From an uncultured Candidatus Binatia bacterium (GTDB lineage Bacteria > Desulfobacterota > Binatia > UBA9968 > JAJDTQ01): a stretch of 64,000 nucleotides of DNA. The DNA is taken from the NCBI GenBank assembly GCA_965213675.1, contig OZ243916.1, positions 2,752,001 through 2,816,000 of the forward strand, given 5' to 3'. The stretch's first letter is position 1. Each line of letters starts with the position of its first letter. A program made the translations under genes and the position numbers. Positions 37,595-53,226 of the stretch are shown here, in pieces. Under the pieces are notes generated by a model that was given only the letters and a program-made list of their open reading frames with translations, was not told the DNA's origin and made no database searches.

Positions 37595-40500
37595 ATGAGC
37601 ACCCATGACGCCGGATCCGGCGGTGGCGCGACAACCGGACTGATCGCATGGTTCGCCCGCAATCCCGTGGCCGCCAACCTGGTGATGCTGTTCCTCATCA
37701 TCGGCGGCTTGATCGCGGGTCGCAGTCTCGCCGTGCAACTCTATCCCTACTTCGATCTCCGAACGATCACCGTCACGGTGCCCGCGCCCGGATCGTCGCC
37801 GAAGGAAGTGGAGGAGGACATCAATCGCCGCATCGAAGAGGCCCTCGTCGGGCTCCAGGGCGTGAAGCGGGTCGTGGGAACCGCCACGGAGGGTCTGGGC
37901 CTCCTCCGTGTTGAACTGGGCGCCTTCTCCGATGCCGATGCCATCCTCGACGATGTGCAGAACGCGGTGGACAGCATCGAGAACTTCCCGCCGCCGAATG
38001 CGGAAAATCCGGAGATCGAGATCAGGCGAATCGTTCTCGAAGTGTTGACCCTCGCGGTGTCCTCGTCCAACGCCACCGAGGATCATCTGCGGCGCGCCGC
38101 CGAGAACGTGCGCGACGAGTTGTTGGCCCTGCCGTCGGTTTCCCAGGTCACCCTGTTGGGCACCCGCGACAGGGAGATCACCATCGAACTGAGCGAGGAA
38201 GAGCTGCGCCGGCACAACCTCTCCATGGCCCAGGTCACCCGGCTGGTGCGGCGGGCTTCGATCAATCTCACTTTCGGCGAGTTGCGTACCGAGTCGGGCG
38301 GCGTGGTCCTCCATACCGTCGCCAAACGACGCACTGGCGCCGCATTCGCGGACATTCCGCTGATTACGCGCCTGAGCGGCGCCGTCGTGAGCTTGGGCGA
38401 TGTCGCGACCATTCGTGACGGGTTCGTCGACGAGGACGTGGTCTCCCGGGTCAACGGCACACCCACGGTGTTCGTTCGGGTCGACGCCCCCAGGCAGGCG
38501 TCGGTGGTGGATATCGGCGACGAGATCGCGGCATGGCTTGCGCAGCGGGAGGAGACCGGAAACATCGACGTCGGCATCTGGAACGACAGGGCGGCGCCCG
38601 CGCTGGACAGGCTGTCGGAGATCCTCCGGAACGGAGTGCTTGGCGCCCTGCTGGTTCTCCTCATTCTTGTCCTGGTGTTCGATCTTCGCGTGGCCGTCTG
38701 GGTCGCCGTGGGCATCCCCCTGTCGTTTCTTGGCTCCCTGATCTTCTTCGGCGCCGCGGATCTGACGCTCAACATGGGCACCCTCTTCGCCTTCTTCCTG
38801 TTGATCGGCATCGTGGTGGACGACTCGGTGGTGGTGGGCGAGAGCATCGCGACGGAACGCGCGAGCGGCAAGAACCCGCTGGAGGCGGCCATCTCCGGTG
38901 CGCGGCTCATGGTCGGACCGATCACGGTGGGGGCGGCCACCACGATGCTGGCCTTCGTGCCCTTCCTGTTTGTCACCACGGGCAATTACCAGATCACCAA
39001 CGTCTTTCCCTACGTGGCGTTCCTGGTCCTGGCAATCTCGCTCATCGAATCCTTCTTCGTGCTGCCGGCGCATCTGTCGCACCCCAAGCCGTGGAGCCTT
39101 TCACCGTTGAAGGAGATCCAGGATTGGGCACAGGGCCTCATCGACCGGGCGCGCGAAACCGTCGTGGCGCCGTCGGTGGCATGGGCCGTGGAATACCCGT
39201 GGCGTACCTTGACCGTCGGCGTCATCATCGTGCTCATCGGCGCGATGCTCCTGCGGTCCGACCAGGTCCGGGTCATCATCCTCGACCGGGACACCATCCA
39301 CTCCGACAGCATACAAGCCGATCTGCATCTACCGGCCGGCACGCCTTTCGAGACGACCCTCGCCACCGCAGAGCGTTTCGCGGACGCCGCCCAAGCCGCC
39401 AATGATCATCTCGGCGGAACGTCCGTCAAATCCGTCGCGCTCGTGGCTGGCAATCTCATGCGCATACGGACAGCGGACATCCGTCACAACAACAACCAGA
39501 GTCACATGGCTTCGGTGCGCGTACATCTCCACCCGTACCCGATCCGCGCCATTTCGCCCAGAGACATCGAGCGAGCGTGGCGTGAGAGCGTCGGCGATAC
39601 GACGGCGCTGGAGAAGGTCGAGTTTCGGAGCGCGCGGGTTCAAACGAAGCCAACCGTTTCGTACGCGCTCACACACCCGGACCCCGATGTGCTGAAACAA
39701 GCCGCCGATGAGTTGACGGCCGCCCTCGCCACGATTCCGGGAGTCTTCGGAATTTCGAACACCCTGTCGGACGGAAAGCGGCACTTCGAAATCCAGCTCA
39801 CGCGGGCGGGCAAGGCCGCGGGCCTGACGCCCTTGGGCATTGGCGCCCAGTTGCGCGCCAACTTTCACGGCATGGAGATTCAGCGGATTCAGCGCGGCCG
39901 GGAGGAAATCAAGGTCATGGTCCGCTACCCGGCGGAACGGCGCCGGAGCTTGCGGGAACTCGCCAGGGAGCGCATCCACCGGCCGAGCGATGCGTCCGCC
40001 CGTCGCGGCCGCATCGGTGACGACCGACCCGGCGGCGAAGTCCCCCTGTCCGCGGTGGCCGAGCTTACCGAGAGGCGCGAGTTGACGACGTTGACGCGGA
40101 TCGACGGCAAAAGAGCCGCGTTCGTGGAGGCGCGCACCGACAGCGTGGTGGTCACCCCACGCCAGGCCAGACGAGAAGTCCGGGACAGAATCCTTCCAGG
40201 ACTGCGCACGGACCACCCCGGTCTCAAGATCGAACCCGACGGAGGCGCCCGTGACGAGCAGGAACTGCTGGGGACCATGGGCGTGCTGGTTCCCATTGTG
40301 CTGCTGGCCATGTACGGGCTGATTGCGGCGTTCCTGCGCAGCTACTGGAAACCCCTGGTGGCGGTGGTGGGCATTCCCGTTGCCTTTGCCGGGGCGGTGC
40401 TGTCCCACTGGGTCCTGGGATGGGCTTTCTCCGCCATGTCGCTGTTCGGAATCATCGCGTTGAGCGGCATCCTCGTGAACGACGCGCTGGTGCTGCTGGA

Positions 40501-40768
40501 CCGTTACAACCAACTCCGCCGGGAGAACGACATGGTACCGGCCATTGCCGCGGCCTCCGCGGCAACCCGCCAGCGCTTCCGCGCGGTGCTGCTGACCAGC
40601 CTCACCACAGTGGTGGGTCTTTCCCCCATGCTCTACGAACGCAGCGACGAGTTGATCTCCCTGGTTCCGTTCGTGGTGAGCATGCTCGGGGGGCTGGTCT
40701 TTTCGACGATCTTCATCCTGTTCCTTCTGCCGGCGCTGGTGATGATCGCCGATGGCCGCAACGAATAA
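37595..40768 (+). CDS. RND efflux permease (AcrB/D/F family)
   Basis: WFARNPVAANL, GIVVDDSVVVGE, RFRAVLLTSLTT; 1057 aa. Confidence 0.9.
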   Translation: MSTHDAGSGGGATTGLIAWFARNPVAANLVMLFLIIGGLIAGRSLAVQLYPYFDLRTITVTVPAPGSSPKEVEEDINRRIEEALVGLQGVKRVVGTATEGLGLLRVELGAFSDADAILDDVQNAVDSIENFPPPNAENPEIEIRRIVLEVLTLAVSSSNATEDHLRRAAENVRDELLALPSVSQVTLLGTRDREITIELSEEELRRHNLSMAQVTRLVRRASINLTFGELRTESGGVVLHTVAKRRTGAAFADIPLITRLSGAVVSLGDVATIRDGFVDEDVVSRVNGTPTVFVRVDAPRQASVVDIGDEIAAWLAQREETGNIDVGIWNDRAAPALDRLSEILRNGVLGALLVLLILVLVFDLRVAVWVAVGIPLSFLGSLIFFGAADLTLNMGTLFAFFLLIGIVVDDSVVVGESIATERASGKNPLEAAISGARLMVGPITVGAATTMLAFVPFLFVTTGNYQITNVFPYVAFLVLAISLIESFFVLPAHLSHPKPWSLSPLKEIQDWAQGLIDRARETVVAPSVAWAVEYPWRTLTVGVIIVLIGAMLLRSDQVRVIILDRDTIHSDSIQADLHLPAGTPFETTLATAERFADAAQAANDHLGGTSVKSVALVAGNLMRIRTADIRHNNNQSHMASVRVHLHPYPIRAISPRDIERAWRESVGDTTALEKVEFRSARVQTKPTVSYALTHPDPDVLKQAADELTAALATIPGVFGISNTLSDGKRHFEIQLTRAGKAAGLTPLGIGAQLRANFHGMEIQRIQRGREEIKVMVRYPAERRRSLRELARERIHRPSDASARRGRIGDDRPGGEVPLSAVAELTERRELTTLTRIDGKRAAFVEARTDSVVVTPRQARREVRDRILPGLRTDHPGLKIEPDGGARDEQELLGTMGVLVPIVLLAMYGLIAAFLRSYWKPLVAVVGIPVAFAGAVLSHWVLGWAFSAMSLFGIIALSGILVNDALVLLDRYNQLRRENDMVPAIAAASAATRQRFRAVLLTSLTTVVGLSPMLYERSDELISLVPFVVSMLGGLVFSTIFILFLLPALVMIADGRNE

Positions 40769-40909
40769 CCCGCCCGCGCCGGGACCGGGGCCGCACCGGT
40801 TCCGGCGCTTGGGAGCCGGTGGAGTTCATCGAATCGGAAGTTCATTCCCCCACCTCCCGGTAGATTCCCGACAAGGCCGACGGGCTCCTGGCACGACTCG
40901 GTTACGGTC

Positions 40910-41818
40910 ATGAACGCCCTCTTCCCCATACGGCTCACCCAGTTCCGCGCCGCCTACAACCTGCCGGTGCACGCGGCGATGGAGAACGGCGTCTTCGCCG
41001 GCGCCGGGCTCGCCGTGGAGGTCGAGTACACGCCGGGCTCCGCCTATCTCGTGGATGCGGTGCGCACGGGCCGCTCCACCATCGGACACGCCGCCGCGGA
41101 CGACGTGGTGTGTGACGTGGAGAATCAGGACGGCTCCGACGTGTTCGCGTTCATGGGGCTCCACAGCGGCCTGCTGAGCCTCGTGGGCGCGCCCGGCTGT
41201 GCGGACATGGAGTCCCTGCGCGGCAAGCCGCTGGCCGTGGACGCGCGCGACAGCGGTTTCGTCTTCATTCTGGAGAAGGCCCTGCGCGACCACGGCTTCG
41301 GCGCGGACGACTATGAACTCGTGGAAGTGGGCGGCTGGGAGAGCCGCTATCAGACGCTCATCGAGGGCAAGCTCTTCGCCACGCTGCTGACCCCGCCCTT
41401 TGTCGGGGCCGCGCTGGAGCGAGGCTGCCACGTCATCGCCCGCGGCGAGGAAATGGCGCCCGTCTACCAGGCCACGGTGGGGCTCGCCCGGCGCTCCTGG
41501 GCCGAAGCGAACCGGGCGCCTCTGGTGGAGTACATCCGCTGCTACGCAGCCGCCACCCAATGGTGCTTCGCGTCCGCGAACCGGCCCTTCTGCCTCGACA
41601 TCCTGGCCCGGCACAACGGCCTCACCGGCAGTGCCGCCGAAGAGACCCTGGACGCCCTCCTGGACCCCGCCCGCGGCCTCTACCCCGAGGCCGCCCTGAA
41701 CATCCCCGGCATCGCCGCCGCCCTGGACCTCCGCGCCAGCATGGGCTTCATCGCCGCTCCCCCACCCCCGCCGGAGAAATACATCGACGTTTCCTACCAC
41801 GCTGCGGCCGTGCGTTGA
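40910..41818 (+). CDS. NitT/TauT (NMT1-like) substrate-binding protein
   Basis: [30 protein letters not shown]; no obvious signal peptide or ABC partners. Confidence 0.7.
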   Translation: MNALFPIRLTQFRAAYNLPVHAAMENGVFAGAGLAVEVEYTPGSAYLVDAVRTGRSTIGHAAADDVVCDVENQDGSDVFAFMGLHSGLLSLVGAPGCADMESLRGKPLAVDARDSGFVFILEKALRDHGFGADDYELVEVGGWESRYQTLIEGKLFATLLTPPFVGAALERGCHVIARGEEMAPVYQATVGLARRSWAEANRAPLVEYIRCYAAATQWCFASANRPFCLDILARHNGLTGSAAEETLDALLDPARGLYPEAALNIPGIAAALDLRASMGFIAAPPPPPEKYIDVSYHAAAVR

Positions 41819-41841
41819 CGCGCCAACCTTGAGGAAGTGCG

Positions 41842-42447
41842 CTACAGCAACAGGGACAACTGCTCCGGCTCAATCCGCCATGACACCGGCTGTTGTCCCG
41901 GCAGTTCGGCGATCTGCGACTCGAGCCAGCGGATGTAGGTGCGGCGGACGGGCCGCTGGCGAATGGCCTCGACGCACAGGGAGCGCACCCGGCGGGCGTA
42001 ACGCCCCCAGTCCTCGCGCACGGCGCGGGGCATGCGCAGATAGGTGGGGGCGTCGTCGCAGAACAGATCGCTGCGGGCAAGGGTCCAGATATCGCACTGG
42101 GTCTCGCCAATGGGAACCGGCTCCCACGCGGGGGCTCCTTCGGGAGGTGGCAGCTTCGTCAGACCCTGCAACAGGTGAGTCAACTCGTGGCCGATGGTGT
42201 TGTGGGTCAGGCCTCGCACCCGGAGGCGGATGTGCAAGGGCAGCCGGAACTCCCTGGGAATGAACGCGACCCCGAGCTTGGCCTTGGTATGGCCCACGTG
42301 GATCCGCATGTTCTGCAATTCGGGGAAACGGCGCACCGACTCCTCGATCATCCGCACCGCCCGGCGCGTGAGACGCCTTTCCATCTGCGGCGTGAACGAC
42401 ACAGTCACGTCGGTTCCCTGGACCATCGAGATCGCGAGACAAGTCAT
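41842..42447 (-). CDS. hypothetical protein with HExxH zinc-metallopeptidase motif
   Basis: [11 protein letters not shown]...[12 protein letters not shown]. Confidence 0.6.
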   Translation of the reverse strand: MTCLAISMVQGTDVTVSFTPQMERRLTRRAVRMIEESVRRFPELQNMRIHVGHTKAKLGVAFIPREFRLPLHIRLRVRGLTHNTIGHELTHLLQGLTKLPPPEGAPAWEPVPIGETQCDIWTLARSDLFCDDAPTYLRMPRAVREDWGRYARRVRSLCVEAIRQRPVRRTYIRWLESQIAELPGQQPVSWRIEPEQLSLLL

Positions 42448-42600
42448 GAGCGCTGTTCCCCGGGTTTGACAAACCTGTTGCGAGCGTTCATGGAATCCGC
42501 TGGCTTGTCAGGACTATCCCACGCTGCCGATTGGCACGAAAACCGGAGATTCGGACAGCGCCCTTTCCACGAAACGAGGCTGCGACCGGACGATTTCCCG

Positions 42601-42626
42601 CAAGGGCGACCGGCCGGTCGCCCTTG
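42601..42626. repeat. perfect palindrome related to REP family B
   Basis: CAAGGGCGACCGGCCGGTCGCCCTTG. Confidence 0.6.
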
Positions 42627-42650
42627 CCCCCGACTTGGGAGCGTAACCCA

Positions 42651-47054
<4,404 letters not shown>

Positions 47055-47161
47055 TCGAAGCAGGAGGCCTCCGTCAGGGGATCTGTCACGCAAGCTCTTG
47101 ACAAGGATGCTTCCCCTGGAGCGGCAGGATGAACGGCCGCCAGGAACAGCACGAAATGAAT

Positions 47162-47199
47162 AAAAAAAGGGGGCGGTGCATACACACCGCCCCCTTTTT
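47162..47199. terminator. bidirectional Rho-independent terminator
   Basis: A7-GGGGGCGGTG-loop-CACCGCCCCC-T5 between convergent genes. Confidence 0.85.
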
Positions 47200-47221
47200 G
47201 CTGGTCGCGTCCCGTCAGGGT

Positions 47222-48661
47222 CTAGTGCCTGGTGGTGGGCCACCTGCCCTGGACCATGGCGTTGAAGTCGTCGGTGTAGAAGAACTTCTCCTGGCCGAAC
47301 GCGGGGCGCAACTCGTCGTACCAAGTGGCCTCGGGATCGTAGGCGGCGAAGAAAGGGCGGCCCACCCAGTCGGGGCTGCGTCCCTGGAGGAAGCGCAGAA
47401 TGAATACCTTCTCGCCGGCGATCTCCTGCACGTCCTGGACCTCGACCTTGCCCGGGGTGGCGCTCATGCTCGGGCCGCGTACGGTGCGGGCCAGGCCGGA
47501 GACGTGCTTGTAGGCGTTCCGGAAGATGTCGACGCAGCGCTCCAGCGGCACCTCGAAGTAGTTGCGCGCGCCCGTGTCACGCTCCACGAACATGTAGTAG
47601 GGGATCATCCCCAGCCGCACTTCCTCCTCCCACATGCGCACCCACACGTCCGAGGAGTCGTTGATGTGGGCGAGCAGCGGCGCCTGGCAGCGGATCACCG
47701 CGCCGGCGTCGCGCAGGCGGCGGATGGCCTCCCGCACCACGGGGGTCTCAAGCTCCTGCCAGTGGTTGAAGTGGGCCATGATGGCGACGTGCTTGCCCGC
47801 CTTCACGATCTTCTCCAACAGGCGCAGCATGTCGTCGGCGTCGTCGTCGCCGACGAACCGGTGGGGCCAGAAGGTCAGGGACTTGGTACCGATGCGGATG
47901 TCCTGGATGTGGGCGAGCCGGGGGTCCTCCACGAACGCCTCCAGGTAGTGGGCGAATACCGCGGTCTTCATGATCATGGGATCGCCGCCGGTCACCAGGA
48001 GATCGCTCACGTCGGGATGCGCGGCCAGATAATCGTGCAGGCCGTCCGCTTCCTTGGCGACGATCTTGAGGTTGTTGTCGCCCACGAACTGCGCCCATCG
48101 GAAACAGAAGGTGCAGTAGGCATGGCACGTCTGCCCCTGGCTGGGGAAGAACAGCACGGTCTCGCGGTACTTGTGCTGCAAACCGTGAATGGTCTCGTTG
48201 CCGACCTGGGGAATGTTCAACTCCCGCTGCCCGGCGGGGTGCGGGTTGAGCTTTTCGCGGATCTCGTGGGCGCCCTCCTTGATGGCGCCCGCGGCAGCAT
48301 CGCGCCGCATGAGGTCGGCCATGCGCGAGAAGTCCACTGCCTCAAGCATGTCCTGCTGCGGAAAGGTCATCTGGAAGACGGGATCATCGGGCACGCGGTC
48401 CCAATCGATGAGGTTGTCGATCACGTACCGGTTGGAACGGAAGGGCAGCACGTTGGCCACCACCTTCATGGCGAACCGGTCGTCGGCGGGCAGTCGCTCC
48501 AGTTGCGGGATCTCGTCGAGATGCTTGGCGGACAGGGCCTTGTAGCGCTCGGAGGGAAAGATCGGCGCCGCATGGTCCAGACGTTCATCGTCCCCCTGGA
48601 GAGACATCATGCCCGGAGCGCGTTCAGTCTCGTTGCCGGTTTCTGGCTGCACCTTGCTCAT
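47222..48661 (-). CDS. KamA family radical SAM protein (lysine 2,3-aminomutase-like)
   Basis: HKYRETVL, CHAYCTFC, TGGDPM, PYYMF, PGK. Confidence 0.85.
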   Translation of the reverse strand: MSKVQPETGNETERAPGMMSLQGDDERLDHAAPIFPSERYKALSAKHLDEIPQLERLPADDRFAMKVVANVLPFRSNRYVIDNLIDWDRVPDDPVFQMTFPQQDMLEAVDFSRMADLMRRDAAAGAIKEGAHEIREKLNPHPAGQRELNIPQVGNETIHGLQHKYRETVLFFPSQGQTCHAYCTFCFRWAQFVGDNNLKIVAKEADGLHDYLAAHPDVSDLLVTGGDPMIMKTAVFAHYLEAFVEDPRLAHIQDIRIGTKSLTFWPHRFVGDDDADDMLRLLEKIVKAGKHVAIMAHFNHWQELETPVVREAIRRLRDAGAVIRCQAPLLAHINDSSDVWVRMWEEEVRLGMIPYYMFVERDTGARNYFEVPLERCVDIFRNAYKHVSGLARTVRGPSMSATPGKVEVQDVQEIAGEKVFILRFLQGRSPDWVGRPFFAAYDPEATWYDELRPAFGQEKFFYTDDFNAMVQGRWPTTRH

Positions 48662-49254
48662 GACTCACCTCCCAAGATTGATTGGCTCGTATGCTCGGCC
48701 ATCCGTTCGAATGGCCATTCACGCAAATATACCCCAAAGGATACCTCAAATGGAAAGTATTACCGACAGGAACTGCAACATAGGCGTTGGAAGGCCCTCT
48801 TTGCAAGAGCGCGACGGCCGCAAACTCTCACCCGGCCGGATTGGTTGCCTGGATCCGTTCGGCGGGCCGTGGGCGGTGATGAACGGGACCTCCGCATACT
48901 GAGGTCGGCCGCGACTTGCCCGACGTTGACGGCCTGGTGCCTCTCTCCGCGGTAGGCGATGCGGGAGCTTTTGTCCGGGATCGGCAGGGAAAGCATCCTG
49001 CCGTCAGGAAGAATCGGACCGGGATTCACCAGATTCACGATAAAGAAGTCTGCATACGGTCACAAGAACCCGTGGCGGAATCCCCTTCGCCAATCTCATT
49101 GTACAACCGGGACAGGCCTCCGGCCAAGGGTCCTTCGGTCCCATAACGTCCCGACTTCATGGTCTTCATGCGGGAGTATGGTAAAGTTGGGGTGACGATG
49201 CAGGTGCTTGATAGATCGTTACGGGAACTCCCCGGCAGGTGAGGAGAATGCACC

Positions 49255-49905
49255 ATGCCGAGCCTGAAGAGAATTCAGATCAAGGGTTTTCGATCCATCA
49301 AAGAGGCGACGCTGGAACTCCGACCTCTCAATGTCTTGATCGGCGCCAATGGAGCAGGGAAGAGCAATCTCATCGCCTTCTTCAAGTTGCTGAACGAACT
49401 GACGGCCGGACGGCTTCAGCAACATATCGGAACCACCGGACACGCCACAGCCAATCTCCACTTCGGCCCGAGAATGACGCCTCAACTGGAAGCGGAAATG
49501 GAGTTCGAGGTTGAGAACGGGACGGACACCTACCGCATCAGATTGTTTCACGCCGCTGGAGACTCTCTGATCTTTGCTGACGAGCAACTCCGCTTCCATC
49601 AGAAACAGACGTTCGCAGATACCGTCTTGAAGCCCCATCTGGCGAGTTTCTGCGTCTACATGCAAAAGCCGGTGTTGATAGCGCACGGCCGAAAGAAGGG
49701 AAGGATTCACCGGGGAGGAGGAAGAAATTTCACGGCGATGCAGAACGACATCACCCGCCGTCTCAAGGAGGATTCGGGGAAGGACGTGTTCTTCACCACC
49801 ATGCTAGTCCTTCTTTTTTGGTGGAGGTGGCGGGGGAAGAGGCGGTTTCCTGCTGGCCGTGGGTTTGGGAGAGACTCCGTCTCGTACGTTCGTCACACGC
49901 CTTGA
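49255..49905 (+). pseudogene. deletion fusion of an ABC/AAA ATPase N-terminus and a DUF4276-like partner N-terminus
   Basis: IKGFRSI...LIGANGAGKSN Walker A without Walker B, joined to QTFADTVLKPHLA...FFTTM. Confidence 0.7.
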
Positions 49906-49935
49906 CGGCGGAGGGTTTGGTTCCTTAGCCATGAT

Positions 49936-50370
49936 TCACTCCTCCGGTTCTTCGTGGGTCTCGCTCAAAAACTCGACCATTTCGACTTGGTCGACGGGGA
50001 TCAAAATTGTTGAAACCCCCGTCGCAGGTATTCCATTTTCGCCATCAACCAGCCATTCAGCTTCCGCGATTCGGAAGTGGCCTTCGTCGGGACGACTTGG
50101 CCATTCTTCAGGCCAGCCGAAAGGCGACGCTCTCCTTTAAGGTGTCGGGTAACATAGCAGTCGCTATGGCGCGAGAAGGCGGAGTACCACTCTGACGCGT
50201 AGGAGGTTTCTCTGGTTACACCAAGCCGACGAAGAAGGCGATGCAGCGTGTCCCAATTGAGGAAGTAGGCGGTCAGCAGTCCGAGGACCACAGCGACTAC
50301 GACAGAAAGCACGAGTCCCCACTCCTTGCGCCAAGGGTCATTGGCTACAATCTTCGCGAAGAAGAGGATC
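49936..50370 (-). pseudogene. DUF6338-like membrane protein remnant, frameshifted
   Basis: SYASEWYSAF...HLKGERRL then, after a frameshift, GWPEEWPS...ILIPVDQVEMVEF; N-terminus missing. Confidence 0.6.
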
Positions 50371-50547
50371 CCATCCGTGATTGTTTCACCTCCGCCATAC
50401 TTCTTTTGGCAACCGCGGCTGTTTCGCAGCCTTGCCATGGATGCCGTCTTACAAGTGTCCGGGTTTCCTCGAACCTCTGCAAGTGAGCAATAACGGCGCC
50501 ACTTGCCCCTCTCCCAACCCCGTGCCGTCCGTGCTAGATTTTCCGGC

Positions 50548-50607
50548 ATGGCGACTCTGATCACGGGCAGCGGGCTCATCGGAGCTTCGTTCGGCCAGTG
50601 TGCGCCG
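50548..50607 (+). pseudogene. N-terminal stub of an NAD-dependent epimerase/SDR gene
   Basis: MATLITGSGLIG Rossmann start only; in frame with the following amidohydrolase. Confidence 0.5.
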
Positions 50608-50619
50608 GAAGGGGAGGAA

Positions 50620-52071
50620 ATGATGGGTTCAGGAGGGACCACGGAATCCGCGGCGGTTCGCGCCAGGCTCGACCATCCGGTGGTCGACACGGACGGTCAC
50701 ACCGTCGAGCTGACCCCGCTCTATCTCGATTACCTGAAGGAACTGGGCGGCTCCGACATGCCCCGGCGCTACAGCGAGGCCATGCGCGCCCGTTCCAACA
50801 GCCGTTGGTCCTCCATGACCGAGGCGGAACGGCGCAGCGTGCGGGCCCATTGCCCGCCCTGGTGGGCGCGTCCGGCCCGCAACACGCTGGACCGGGCCAC
50901 GGCGTCGTTGCCGCGGCTGCTGCACGAGCGAATGGACCGGCTCGGCATCGACTTCGCCGTGCTGTATCCCACCGAGGGTCTGGCGGGGCCGCCTCGGTTC
51001 GAGGACGAGGAGCTCCGGCGGGTATCCTGCCGGGCGCTCAACAAGTTCCACGCGGAATTCTACGGCGAGTGCAGCGACCGGATGACCCCGGCCGCGGTGA
51101 TACCGACCCACACGCCGGAAGAGGCCATGGAGGACACCGAGTACGCCGTCAGGGAACTGGGGCTCAAGACCATCGTCATCTCCCACGTGGATCGTGCCGT
51201 CCCGCGCGTCTCGGAAGAACGGCCGGACCTGGCGCCTTATGCCCGCTACATCGATACGCTGGCCCTGGACAGCGACCACGACTACGATCCGTTCTGGCAG
51301 CGGTGCCTGGAGCTTGGGGTGGCCCCCACCTCGCACGCCAGCGGCCAGGGCTGGGGCAGCCGCCGCTCTGTGTCCAACTACATGTACAACCACATCGGCC
51401 ACTTCGCCGCGGCTGGCGAGGCCATGTGCAAGGCTTTGTTTTTTGGCGGGGTTACGTATCGTTTCCCGAGTCTTAACTTTGCATTTCTCGAGTGCGGCGT
51501 AGCCTGGGCCTGCAGCCTCTACAGCGACATCCTGGAGCACTGGGAGAAGCGCAACCGCGAGGCCATCGCCGAGCTGGACCCGGAGAGTACCGACCTCGAC
51601 CACATGATGAAGCTGGTGGCGGAGTACGGTGGCATCGACGGCGGCGACAAGCTGGAGGAGATCCGCGCTTCACTCGGCCGCAAGCAACGCCGTCCCGAGA
51701 ACCTCGACGACTGGTCCCGCTGCGGCATCGACAAGGCCGAGGACATCCGCGACCGCTTCGTGCCGCGCTTCTATTTCGGCTGCGAGGCCGACGACCGCAT
51801 GATCGCGTGGGCTTTCAACGACAAGCTCAATCCCTTCGGGGCCCGGCTCGGCGCCATGATGAGCTCCGACATCGGCCACTGGGACGTCACCGACATGACC
51901 GGGGTGGTGGCCGAGGCCCACGAGCTGGTGGACCGGGGCCACATCACCGACGAGGACTTCCGGGATTTCAGCTTCACCAACGCGGTGCGCTTCTATGCCG
52001 GCGTGAACCCGGATTTCTTCGCGGGCACCGCGTGCGAGGAGGCGGCCACCCGGGTGATGGCGGCCGGTTAG
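50620..52071 (+). CDS. amidohydrolase family protein (long form)
   Basis: HPVVDTDGH, FLECGVAW, FGCEADD, SSDIGHWD; GGAGG RBS. Confidence 0.85.
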   Translation: MMGSGGTTESAAVRARLDHPVVDTDGHTVELTPLYLDYLKELGGSDMPRRYSEAMRARSNSRWSSMTEAERRSVRAHCPPWWARPARNTLDRATASLPRLLHERMDRLGIDFAVLYPTEGLAGPPRFEDEELRRVSCRALNKFHAEFYGECSDRMTPAAVIPTHTPEEAMEDTEYAVRELGLKTIVISHVDRAVPRVSEERPDLAPYARYIDTLALDSDHDYDPFWQRCLELGVAPTSHASGQGWGSRRSVSNYMYNHIGHFAAAGEAMCKALFFGGVTYRFPSLNFAFLECGVAWACSLYSDILEHWEKRNREAIAELDPESTDLDHMMKLVAEYGGIDGGDKLEEIRASLGRKQRRPENLDDWSRCGIDKAEDIRDRFVPRFYFGCEADDRMIAWAFNDKLNPFGARLGAMMSSDIGHWDVTDMTGVVAEAHELVDRGHITDEDFRDFSFTNAVRFYAGVNPDFFAGTACEEAATRVMAAG

Positions 52072-52314
52072 CTCCGGGCCGAAATGCAGGCCGTTTGGCG
52101 ACAACCGATGCAAGCAGGGGAGAGGAACTCATGAAGGACGGCGCCCTGTGAGACCCACTTTCATTCCCGGCTGCATCGGCTGAAAGCCGACATGGAAGAT
52201 TCCCGATTTCGCGGGAGGACGCCGTCCGAACCTCCGACTTCCGTACGAATCGGCAGCCCGGACAGTCCGGGTCTACGCTGGACACCCGATCCACGGAACG
52301 ATAAAGTCGGCTGC

Positions 52315-53226
52315 ATGACGACGCGTGGAGGTCCCGGCCACCTGGACGCCCTCGAGGCCGAAGCGATTCACATCATGCGCGAGGCGGTTGCCGCGTTCTC
52401 GAAGCCGGTGATGCTCTATTCCATCGGCAAGGACAGTTCCGTACTCGTGCGGCTGGCGCAGAAGGCCTTTCGTCCGGCGCCGCCGCCCTTCCCGTTGCTG
52501 CACGTGGACACGACGTGGAAATTTCCGGAAATGTACGCCTTCCGCGAACGCACCGCGCGCGAAACCGGCATGGAGCTCATCGTCCACATCAACCAGGAAG
52601 GTGTGGCGCGGGGCATCAATCCCTTCACCCACGGGTCGGCGGTCCACACCGACGTCATGAAGACCCAGGCGCTCAAGCAGGCGCTGGACCAGCATGGCTT
52701 CGACGCGGCGCTGGCCGGGGCGCGGCGGGACGAAGAGATGTCCCGCGCCAAGGAACGGGTGTTCTCGCTGCGTTCGCAGTCCCATCGGTGGGACCCCAGA
52801 AACCAGCGGCCCGAATTGTGGCGGCTGTACAACACGCACCTGCGGCCCGGCGAGTCCATGCGCGTGTTTCCGCTCTCCAACTGGACCGAGCTGGACGTGT
52901 GGCGCTACATCGAGCAGGAGAATATCCCCGTGGTGCCGCTTTATTTTGCGGCCCCGCGGCCGATGGTGCGCCGCTCGGGGACGCTCATCATGGCGGCGGA
53001 CCAGCGCATGATGCTCGAGCCCGGCGAAAAGCCGGAGATCCGGCGGGTGCGTTTCCGCACCCTGGGATGCTACCCGCTGTCCGGCGCCATCGAATCCGAT
53101 GCCGACAGCGTGCCGGCCATCATCCAGGAGATGCTCGCGGCCACCCATTCCGAGCGCCAGGGACGCGTCATCGACCACGACGGCCAAGGCTCCATGGAGC
53201 GCAAGAAGCAGGAAGGCTACTTCTGA
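52315..53226 (+). CDS. cysD: sulfate adenylyltransferase subunit 2
   Basis: [43 protein letters not shown]. Confidence 0.95.
   Translation: MTTRGGPGHLDALEAEAIHIMREAVAAFSKPVMLYSIGKDSSVLVRLAQKAFRPAPPPFPLLHVDTTWKFPEMYAFRERTARETGMELIVHINQEGVARGINPFTHGSAVHTDVMKTQALKQALDQHGFDAALAGARRDEEMSRAKERVFSLRSQSHRWDPRNQRPELWRLYNTHLRPGESMRVFPLSNWTELDVWRYIEQENIPVVPLYFAAPRPMVRRSGTLIMAADQRMMLEPGEKPEIRRVRFRTLGCYPLSGAIESDADSVPAIIQEMLAATHSERQGRVIDHDGQGSMERKKQEGYF

Noticed and set aside
48662-49254. Long intergenic stretch as ncRNA or small ORF
   Set aside because: No recognisable structure, motif or convincing ORF
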